Shown piece after piece: positions 24,680 to 32,000 of a DNA stretch of 32,000 nucleotides. Origin of the DNA: Arthrobacter sp. ISL-65 (GTDB taxonomy: Bacteria > Actinomycetota > Actinomycetes > Actinomycetales > Micrococcaceae). Location: assembly GCF_018613795.1 (NCBI RefSeq), contig NZ_JAGGPN010000042.1, positions 1-32,000 on the forward strand, given 5' to 3'. How positions within the stretch are numbered: the stretch's first letter is position 1; every line of letters starts with the position of its first letter. The notes under the pieces were generated by a model, which was given only the letters and a program-made list of their open reading frames with translations, was not told where the DNA came from and did no database searches. The position numbers and the translations under genes were made by a program.

Positions 24680-25642
24680 TCAGGCGTCGGTGGTGCCCAA
24701 ACCGGTGCTGCCGAAACCGGAGGCGTCCAAACCGGAGGTGCCCAAACCGGAGGTGCCCAATAGGGGCTGGCAGGTCGGGCAGAAGTAGATGTCACGTTCT
24801 CCCGTGACCGCGCTGGGCGCGCTGCCGAGGCTGCCCGCCACCCCGGTTCCTGCACCGCTTCTGCCCGGCACGCTCTTCCCCAGCACGCTGTGCCGGATGG
24901 GGGTCCGGCAGCGCAGGCACGGCTGGTGCTCACGGCGGTACACCCAGTAGCCCGGACGGCCGGCGGCACGGCCCACCGGAGTTCCGCGGGCGTTGAGCAC
25001 GGTGGTCCGGCGGCCCGGGCCGAGGTTCGCCTCGAGCAGCTGCTTGGCGTCGGCAAACATCGCGGGCCAGTCCTTCACCGCGGCCGCCGGTGACGCCGGG
25101 TGGATGCCGGCCAGGAAGCACACCTCGCAGCGGTAGATGTTCCCAATGCCCGCGAGGTTGCTCTGGTCCAGCAGCGCCACGCCCACCGGCACGTTGGGCC
25201 TGGCCGCCACGCGGCGCTCGGCCTCGGCCGGGTCCCAGTCCGGGCCCAGCAGGTCCGGGCCCAGGAACCCCACAGCCTTGTCCTCTTCGCTGGTCTTGAT
25301 CACCTCAAGCAGGCCCAGGGAAAATCCGACGGCGTCAGCAACGGCCGTGCGAAGCACGCACCGGGCCGTGAATCCCGGCTTCCGCCACCTGCCACCGGGC
25401 GGGTAGACCTGCCAGCTCCCCTCCATTTTCAGGTGCGAGTGGATGGTCAGCCGCTCTTGGGCCGGTCCCACCAGCCGCATCAGCAGGTGCTTGCCGCGGG
25501 GGACCACCTCCTCCATGGTCCAGCCCGCCAGGTTCAGGGTGGCGAAGCGGGGCACGCGGAAGTCGGACGCGAGAAGTTTCTGGCCGGCGAGGGCAGCGTG
25601 CAACTGGCTGGCGGCGCGCCAGATGGAGTCACCTTCAGGCAC
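24680..25642 (-). CDS. nei: Fpg/Nei-family DNA glycosylase (endonuclease VIII-like)
   Basis: The N-terminus (M)PEGDSIW has the catalytic Pro2/Glu3. H2TH region NLAGIGNIYRCEVCF. C-terminal zinc finger CLRC...CPTCQ. The GTG start at 25642 overlaps the lhr stop by 8 nt. Confidence 0.85.
   Translation of the reverse strand: MPEGDSIWRAASQLHAALAGQKLLASDFRVPRFATLNLAGWTMEEVVPRGKHLLMRLVGPAQERLTIHSHLKMEGSWQVYPPGGRWRKPGFTARCVLRTAVADAVGFSLGLLEVIKTSEEDKAVGFLGPDLLGPDWDPAEAERRVAARPNVPVGVALLDQSNLAGIGNIYRCEVCFLAGIHPASPAAAVKDWPAMFADAKQLLEANLGPGRRTTVLNARGTPVGRAAGRPGYWVYRREHQPCLRCRTPIRHSVLGKSVPGRSGAGTGVAGSLGSAPSAVTGERDIYFCPTCQPLLGTSGLGTSGLDASGFGSTGLGTTDA
24696..24760. repeat. 15-bp tandem repeat (consensus CCCAAACCGGAGGTG) x 4.3 at the 3' end of nei
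   Basis: Units at 24696, 24711, 24726 and 24741, plus a partial at 24756. They encode the Gly/Ser/Thr/Leu pentapeptide tail GTSGLGTSGLDASGFGSTGLG. Confidence 0.85.
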
Positions 25643-28600
25643 GGATCCTCAGCCCCTTCGGTGTGGAATAGGCCCCGGCGGCCGTCAGCGCTGATGCCGC
25701 AGGGGTGTCGAGGATGCCGTGGCCGTTGACCTTTTCCATGACGAGCTTGTCCACGGCGCCGCGTTTCACCACGTCCACGAGGGCGCCGGCCGCGGCGGCG
25801 AGGACGGATTCGTCTTCCGTGAAGACCAGCAGCGTCTTGCCTCCCCGTTCGACGTACAGCACCAGCGCGCCGTCGACCAGTACCACGAGTGCACCCGCCT
25901 TCCGCCCCGGCCGGTGCCCGCTGCCGGCTTCGACATTGCCGGCAGGCCACGACAGGGCCGCGCCGTAGGGGTTGGCCGGATCTGTTGCCGCCAGGGCCAG
26001 TGCCACGGGTTCCGGCTTGGCCAGCTGGGCGTCTTCGGTGTACGAACGCAGCCGGTCGACGGTTGCGGGGACGGCGAACTGGGCAGCCCCGAGATGCTCG
26101 ATGAAATAGCCCCGCCTGCACCGTCCGGCCTCCTCCAGCCGGGCGAGGACCTTGTACATGAGCCCGAATCCGCCGAGGATGTTCTCGGCCATGACGGATC
26201 CGCGGGTGACCACGCCGTACCGGTCCAGAAGCAGCTCCGCCGTGGCGCGGGCGTGGATGGTGGGGTCGAGCTCGGGTGTGGGAAGCGCGGACCAGCGCCC
26301 GGCCGCGAGCGGCGGGGTGGGGATCGCGCCGCCGGCCGAGCCGTAGCGTCCGGCGGACAGTCCCGGGGAGCCGAGCAGCCCGGTCGCGTGCGACCGTCCG
26401 AGCCGGCTGAGGCGCGGTGCCCTGGCCCGAGGTGCGCGCGCGACTTGCCGGTGGGCGGTGTGCCCGCCGGCGATCAGGGACCGGACCGGGGCGAACGTGT
26501 CCCCGGTGACCCGGCCGGCCCAGGCGAGATCCCAGATCGCGGACACGACGTCCTGATCGCCCAGTACCGCGTCCATGCCGCCGGCAATGTCAGTCAGTTG
26601 CCGGAAAAAGTAGCCGCCTCCGTTGGTCTGCAGGTGGTCCAGCAGCCGCCGCTGGGCGTCGCCCGGTTCGAACTCGGGGGCAGGGTTCAGCGTCAGTTCC
26701 ACCGAATCTGCCAGGTGCAGGCTGATCCAGCCGTCGTTGCCCGGAAGGGAGCCGGCACCTGACCAGAGGACCTCCCCGGCGGCCATGAGTTCGTCCAGCA
26801 TGGCGGGCTGGTAGTTGGACACCCGGCTGGCGAGCACCAGCGGTTCCCAGGCGGAGGCGGGTATGGGCACGCCGGAGAGCTGGTCCACCGCGGTGATCAC
26901 GCCGTCGAGCCCGCGCAGGGCCGGCTGCCCCCGTCCCGTGCCCGGAGTGCGGACGTGTTGCCAGGCCGGCAGGAACCGGCCGTAGGCGGTGATGTCCACT
27001 GGCTCCACCTCGGCCCGGAGCGCCGCGAGTGAACGGCGGCGGAGCTTGCGGAGGACCTCGGCGTCACACCATTCGCTGCCGGCCAGGGCCACAGCCGCTG
27101 AGGCAACGGCGGACGCCGCCGCCGCTTCCGCCACGGGGTCAAGGCCGGAACCGGAATCGGAATCAGACAAGGTGGCTGCCGGGCGTTCGCCGGCAGCCAT
27201 CTCCGCATGGGGCCGGAACTCGCCTTCCACCACGCGGCCGTCGGCCGCCAGCCGTTTCAAAGCAGTTCCGACGACGGCGGCACCAAGTCCCAGCCTGGCC
27301 GCGGCTTCGGTGGCGGTGAACGGACCGTGGGTGCGCGCATAGCGCGAGACGAGATCGCCCAGCGGGTCCGCCACCGGCTCGATGAAGGCAAGGGGAACGC
27401 CCATTGGCAGCGGCACGCCGATGGCGTCACGAAGCCTGGCGGCGTCTTCCACCGCGGCGAAGCGTTCGACGCCGGCGATGGTCACCTTTATGGCCCGGTT
27501 GGCACGCTGGAGGGCCGCGAGGTGGGCGGCGGCTTCGGCAACTGTGGCTTCGGGCGGCGGGGTTTCCGTGTCGGCCGGCCTGGTTTCGGCAGGCTCAACC
27601 AGCGGCTCAGTTTCGGCAGGCGCATCCGGCGTGGTGAGCCGGGCCGCGACTTCCCCGGGGTCCAGGGGACCGAGCAGCCGGAGAAGATCGGCCACGCCCT
27701 CGACGCCACGGACTTTCCGGTCGGGGGCAATGCGCTGCAGCTCGCGTTCGGTGGCGTCGATGACCCTGGCGTCCAGGAGTTCGCGCAGTTCCACGCGCCC
27801 CAGGAGTTCGTTGAGCAGCGTGGAGTCGAGCGCCAGCGCGGCCGCCCGGCGTTCGGCGAGCGGGGAATCGCCTTCGTAGAGGAACTGCGCCACATAGCCG
27901 AACAGCAGGGACTTGGCGAACGGGGACGGCTGCTGGGTGGTGGTCTGGACGATCCTGAGCTCGCGCCGTTCAACCGAGGCGGCGATGTCCTTCAGTGCGG
28001 GCAGGTCGTACACATCCTGCAGGCATTCGCGGACGGTTTCCAGCACGATCGGGAACGAAGGGTATTTCCGGGCGACGTCGAGCAGCTGGGCGGACCGCTG
28101 GCGCTGCTGCCACAGCGGCTGCCGCTTGCCGGGCGTCTGCCGCGGCAGCAGCAGGGCACGCGCGGCACACTCGCGGAAGCGGGAGGCGAACAAGGCGCTT
28201 CCGCCCACCTCTGCGGTGACAATCTGCTCCAGCTCCTCGGGGTCAAACAGGAACAGTTCGGCGCCGGGAGGTTCATCCTCCATCATGGGCACGCGGAGAA
28301 CGATGCCGTCGTCGGCGGCCATGGCGGACCCGTCCAGGCCGTACCGCTGGTGCAGCCGCTGGCCCACGGCCAGGGCCCACGGCGCATGGACCGGCATGCC
28401 GAACGGGCTGTGCAGAATGACCCGCCAGTCGCCGAGTTCGTCGTGGAAGCGTTCCACCACGAGGGTCGTGTCGCTCGGGACCACCTCGGTGGCCAGCTTC
28501 TGTTCGGACAGGTACTGCAGGAGGTTGTTCGCGGCGAAGTCGTCAAGGCCGCTGGCCTTGCAGCGTTCGGTGGCGGGGCCGACGTCGGATGCTGACAGTT

Positions 28601-30734
28601 CGCGGACGAATGCGCCAAGGGCGCGGCCCAGGTCCACCGGGCGTCCCAGCGAGTCGCCCTTCCAAAAGGGCAGCTTGCCGGGCTGGCCGAAGGCCGGCGA
28701 GACGAGCACGCGGTCGTGCGTGATGTCCTCGATCTTCCAGCTGGTGGCGCCCAGCGCAAAGATGTCTCCCACGCGGGATTCGTAGACCATTTCCTCGTCA
28801 AGCTCGCCGACCCGCCGGCCTCCCTTGGCCGGGGCCGTGCCCGAAGCCTTGCCGTCGCCCGCCCCAGCGGGGGAGGCCGATCCTTCCGTCTCCGTGCCGA
28901 TGATGTAGACGCCGAACAGCCCGCGGTCCGGGATGGTTCCGCCGGACGTGACGGCCAGCCGCTGGGCGCCCGGCCGGCCCTCGATGGTCCCGGCGTTGCG
29001 GTCCCAGATGATCCGGGGCCGGAGCTCGGCGAATTCATCCGATGGGTAGCGCCCGGCCAGCAGGTCCAGCGTGGCCTCGAACGCGGACCGGGGGAGGGTG
29101 GCGAACGGGGCTGAGCGGCGGACGGTGGAGAACCACTCCTCCACGTCGATGCTGCCCAAGGCGGTGGCCGCGACGGTCTGCTGGGCCAGGATGTCGAGGG
29201 GATTGGCCGGCACGCTCAGCCGCTCGATCTTGCCGTCCAGCATGCGCTCAACGGTGATGGCGGTGTGCACCAGGTCGGCGCGGTGCTTGGGGAACAGGTA
29301 GCCCTGGGAGATTTCGCCCACCTGGTGCCCGGCGCGGCCCACCCGCTGCAGCCCGCTGGCCACCGAGGGCGGTGACTCGACCTGCACCACGAGGTCCACG
29401 GCGCCCATGTCGATGCCGAGCTCCAGTGAGGACGTGGCCACGACGCAGCGCAGCCGGCCGGATTTGAGGTCGTCCTCGATCAGGGCACGCTGGTCCTTCG
29501 ACACTGAGCCGTGGTGGGCACGGGCCAGCAGCGGCTCTGCCCCCGCGGTGCTTCCTGCCTGCGCCATCATGTGGGCAGGCGTGGCGGTCGACGCCGGGAC
29601 GCCTCCGGACGCCGGTGGGGCGGGGTCATCCCAGCCTCCGCCGACTGTCAGGAGCTGGCGTTCCGCGTGGATCTCGTTGAGCCGTGCGGTCAGGCGTTCC
29701 GCCAGCCGGCGCGAGTTGGCAAAGACGATGGTGGACTGGTTAGCCAGCACCAGGTCCACGATCTTTTCCTCCACATGCGGCCAGATCGAGGCCTGCGGCT
29801 GCAGGCCGGAGGCCGGCCCGGAGTCGAAGGCTCCGGCGGCGCCCTGCAGATCGGACATGTCCTCCACGGGGACGGACACCGTGAGGTCCCAGTTCTTCCG
29901 CGAGGGCGGGGCCACGATCTCCACCGGGGCGGAACCGGCCAGGAACTGCGCCACCAGTTCCCGCGGCTCGACCGTGGCGGAGAGTCCGATCCGCTGCGCC
30001 GGCGCGGGCAGCAGGGCGTCCAGCCGCTCCAGCGACACGGCAAGATGCGCCCCGCGCTTGGTGCCGGCCACGGCGTGGACCTCGTCCACGATGACGGTAT
30101 CCACCTCGCTGAGTGTTTCCCGGGCCCTGGACGTGAGCATCAGGAAGAGGGACTCGGGGGTGGTGATCAGGATGTCCGGCGGGTTGCTGAGCAGGGCACG
30201 GCGGTCCGAGGCAGGGGTGTCGCCGGACCGGACTCCGACGGTGATCAGGGGAGCCGGCAGGTCCAGCCGCTTGGCCGTCTGCGTGATGCCGATGAGCGGA
30301 GACCGGAGGTTGCGTTCGACGTCGACGCCAAGCGCCTTGAGCGGGGAGATATACAGCACGCGGGTTTTCCGCTTGGGCTTCCTTGCCCGGGACTGCTTGG
30401 TCTTGGCGCCGGCTGGCGGTTCTTCGAGGCCCGGCAGCACCTCGGCGTCGGGCACAGCAGCGGCGGGTGCAGCCGACCCGGACACCAGGAGCCTGTCCAG
30501 GGCCCAGAGGAATGCGGCCAGGGTTTTGCCTGAGCCGGTGGGCGCAACAACAAGGGCGTGTGAACCGGATGAGATCGCGTTCCAGGCGCCCTGCTGGGCG
30601 GGGGTGGGCTCGGAAAACGCACCGAGGAACCACTCCCTGGTGGGCCGGCTGAACTGACCCATGGAGTCCCCGGCGGACGTGCCGGTGGACGTGCCGGCGG
30701 GCTCCTGCGACTGCATGCCTCCATCATGCCTCAC
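25635..30734 (-). CDS. lhr: Lhr-family large ATP-dependent DEAH-type helicase
   Basis: Walker A VVAPTGSGKTLAAF, DEVH box VIVDEVHAV, and a very long C-terminal extension typical of Lhr. The start is ambiguous: GTG at 30734, ATG at 30716, or ATG at 30662. Confidence 0.9.
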   Translation of the reverse strand: MRHDGGMQSQEPAGTSTGTSAGDSMGQFSRPTREWFLGAFSEPTPAQQGAWNAISSGSHALVVAPTGSGKTLAAFLWALDRLLVSGSAAPAAAVPDAEVLPGLEEPPAGAKTKQSRARKPKRKTRVLYISPLKALGVDVERNLRSPLIGITQTAKRLDLPAPLITVGVRSGDTPASDRRALLSNPPDILITTPESLFLMLTSRARETLSEVDTVIVDEVHAVAGTKRGAHLAVSLERLDALLPAPAQRIGLSATVEPRELVAQFLAGSAPVEIVAPPSRKNWDLTVSVPVEDMSDLQGAAGAFDSGPASGLQPQASIWPHVEEKIVDLVLANQSTIVFANSRRLAERLTARLNEIHAERQLLTVGGGWDDPAPPASGGVPASTATPAHMMAQAGSTAGAEPLLARAHHGSVSKDQRALIEDDLKSGRLRCVVATSSLELGIDMGAVDLVVQVESPPSVASGLQRVGRAGHQVGEISQGYLFPKHRADLVHTAITVERMLDGKIERLSVPANPLDILAQQTVAATALGSIDVEEWFSTVRRSAPFATLPRSAFEATLDLLAGRYPSDEFAELRPRIIWDRNAGTIEGRPGAQRLAVTSGGTIPDRGLFGVYIIGTETEGSASPAGAGDGKASGTAPAKGGRRVGELDEEMVYESRVGDIFALGATSWKIEDITHDRVLVSPAFGQPGKLPFWKGDSLGRPVDLGRALGAFVRELSASDVGPATERCKASGLDDFAANNLLQYLSEQKLATEVVPSDTTLVVERFHDELGDWRVILHSPFGMPVHAPWALAVGQRLHQRYGLDGSAMAADDGIVLRVPMMEDEPPGAELFLFDPEELEQIVTAEVGGSALFASRFRECAARALLLPRQTPGKRQPLWQQRQRSAQLLDVARKYPSFPIVLETVRECLQDVYDLPALKDIAASVERRELRIVQTTTQQPSPFAKSLLFGYVAQFLYEGDSPLAERRAAALALDSTLLNELLGRVELRELLDARVIDATERELQRIAPDRKVRGVEGVADLLRLLGPLDPGEVAARLTTPDAPAETEPLVEPAETRPADTETPPPEATVAEAAAHLAALQRANRAIKVTIAGVERFAAVEDAARLRDAIGVPLPMGVPLAFIEPVADPLGDLVSRYARTHGPFTATEAAARLGLGAAVVGTALKRLAADGRVVEGEFRPHAEMAAGERPAATLSDSDSGSGLDPVAEAAAASAVASAAVALAGSEWCDAEVLRKLRRRSLAALRAEVEPVDITAYGRFLPAWQHVRTPGTGRGQPALRGLDGVITAVDQLSGVPIPASAWEPLVLASRVSNYQPAMLDELMAAGEVLWSGAGSLPGNDGWISLHLADSVELTLNPAPEFEPGDAQRRLLDHLQTNGGGYFFRQLTDIAGGMDAVLGDQDVVSAIWDLAWAGRVTGDTFAPVRSLIAGGHTAHRQVARAPRARAPRLSRLGRSHATGLLGSPGLSAGRYGSAGGAIPTPPLAAGRWSALPTPELDPTIHARATAELLLDRYGVVTRGSVMAENILGGFGLMYKVLARLEEAGRCRRGYFIEHLGAAQFAVPATVDRLRSYTEDAQLAKPEPVALALAATDPANPYGAALSWPAGNVEAGSGHRPGRKAGALVVLVDGALVLYVERGGKTLLVFTEDESVLAAAAGALVDVVKRGAVDKLVMEKVNGHGILDTPAASALTAAGAYSTPKGLRIRA

Positions 30735-30767
30735 GGCACCGACACCAACAGAAGCATCAGGTATGCC

Positions 30768-32000
30768 TTACCCAGCCGGAGGAAGGTCGCGGGTGGCCGG
30801 CCCCTCCAGGACCTGGCCGTCGCTGCTGAAGCGGGAGCCGTGCAGCGGGCAGTCCCAGGACTTTTCGTTGTCGTTCCAGTGCAGGATTCCGCCCAGGTGC
30901 GTGCAGACCGCGGACAGGCTGCACGTCGTTCCGTTGACGGTGGAGGTGGCCACTGGCTTCCGTTCGCGCATTGCCACGGTGCCCGTGCCCTCTGCGGGCA
31001 CGGTGCCGCCCGAGGGTGGAAGCTTTTGCAGTCTGCCCCAGTCCTTGGCCAGTGTGGCGGCCACCCCCGCGTTGAGGGTCACGGCCGAGGCCGCGCCCGG
31101 AGGTGATGTCATCCTGCGGTGGATGGTGTTGGCCCACGGCAACTGGCCGCCGAGGATGTCCGCGGCGATGCCCAGGGATGCAGCCACCGCGTTGGTCATG
31201 CCCCACTTGTTGTAGCCGGTGGCGAAGAAGATGCGCCCGCGGCCGCGGGGGAGCTTGCCGAAGAACGGCATGAGGTTGGTGGCCTGGTAATCCTGGGCTG
31301 ACCACGTGTGGGTGACAGTGGCATCGGGGAAATGCTCCTGCGCCCATGACAGGACGTTCTCCAGATGTTCCTTCTCCGAGCGCGCCTTTCCCACCGGGTG
31401 CCCGTTGCCGCCTACCAGCAGCAGATTCCGGCCGTCCGCCGGGTAGTCCCGGATGGAGCGCACGGGCTGTTCCACGGAAATGTACATGCCCTCCGGCGGT
31501 GTCGCGTTTCCGGCGAGTTCCAAAGCCGCGGCGTAGGAGCGGTTCGGCTTGAGCTTGGCGAAATACAGGCCGCGGTTCAGGATGGGGCTACCCGTGGCCA
31601 GCACCACGGAGTCGGTCTGGACCGACCCGCGGTCAGCGTGGACGGTTGACGGCCCAGCGCCGGTGACGTTCCGCACCCGAACCCCTGTGACGATCCTGCC
31701 GCCGTGGCTCCGGACGTCCTCTGCCAGCGAGGTGAGCACATCCATGGGGTTGATCTGGGCCTGCCCGCGAAGTAGCACGGCTCCCCGGATAGGGAACGGC
31801 AAGCCCGCATCCCGCACGTAGTCCACCTCCAGATCGGCAGCGAGGGCCGCCGTGAGCTCCGCCCGCACTGCCTCCGTGCCCTGCTGGGTAGCGGCGTACG
31901 TGTAGGCGTCGCGCACCTGGAACGGCACGCCGCGCTGCTCCAGGTACCGCAGCAGCCATGCCTGCCCCTCGCGGTTGCCCGATACGTAGGCGTCCACCAC
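30768..32000 (-). CDS. FAD-dependent oxidoreductase fused to a C-terminal Rieske [2Fe-2S] domain (5' end outside the window)
   Basis: Rieske motif CTHLGG...CPLHGSRF near the C-terminus. The upstream region looks like the DAO/FAD-oxidoreductase type. The ORF is open to the window edge. Confidence 0.8.
   Translation of the reverse strand: MVDAYVSGNREGQAWLLRYLEQRGVPFQVRDAYTYAATQQGTEAVRAELTAALAADLEVDYVRDAGLPFPIRGAVLLRGQAQINPMDVLTSLAEDVRSHGGRIVTGVRVRNVTGAGPSTVHADRGSVQTDSVVLATGSPILNRGLYFAKLKPNRSYAAALELAGNATPPEGMYISVEQPVRSIRDYPADGRNLLLVGGNGHPVGKARSEKEHLENVLSWAQEHFPDATVTHTWSAQDYQATNLMPFFGKLPRGRGRIFFATGYNKWGMTNAVAASLGIAADILGGQLPWANTIHRRMTSPPGAASAVTLNAGVAATLAKDWGRLQKLPPSGGTVPAEGTGTVAMRERKPVATSTVNGTTCSLSAVCTHLGGILHWNDNEKSWDCPLHGSRFSSDGQVLEGPATRDLPPAG

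Overview
High-GC actinobacterial chromosomal segment. The protein sequences look Micrococcaceae-like (Arthrobacter or Pseudarthrobacter); that is inference only. About 31 genes can be supported. No rRNA, tRNA, CRISPR array, transposase or integrase was found.

Gene order, left to right:
- DUF1684 protein (-), a small membrane protein (+), and PEP carboxylase ppc (+).
- A 160-bp repeat-structured convergent intergenic element.
- A FecCD/FepC-type ABC importer (-): Tat/lipoprotein binding protein, permease, ATPase.
- A hydrogenase-associated conserved protein (+).
- A tightly packed minus-strand operon of 12-13 genes (8585-18099) for a group 1h/5 (Hhy-type, high-affinity) [NiFe]-hydrogenase. Its order is hypA, hypB, small subunit, large subunit, NifU-like Fe-S protein, three conserved genes of unknown function, an untracked 34-codon microprotein, maturation protease, hypC, and an acidic disordered protein.
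- A hypothetical gene (+), DedA-family membrane protein (-), macro-domain protein (+), and RluA-family pseudouridine synthase (-).
- An ArsR-like regulator interrupted by an in-frame TAG (+), then an SRPBCC/Aha1-like protein (+).
- A MocR/GntR-aminotransferase regulator (-), divergent from a YczE-like membrane gene frameshifted by an 8-bp tandem duplication (+).
- An overlapping lhr-nei helicase/glycosylase pair (-).
- The 3' part of an FAD-oxidoreductase/Rieske fusion (-), which runs off the window.

Best candidate for undescribed biology: the function-unknown module inside the hydrogenase operon. It comprises the three coupled genes at 9922-12679, the microprotein at 9803-9907, and the disordered tail gene. 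From memory, related genes are conserved next to group 1h hydrogenases, so this is uncharacterised rather than unseen.

Other observations worth checking are several perfect tandem or inverted repeats in promoter regions and the two disrupted genes.

All calls rest on reading the translations and DNA by eye. No database search, covariance model or folding was run.
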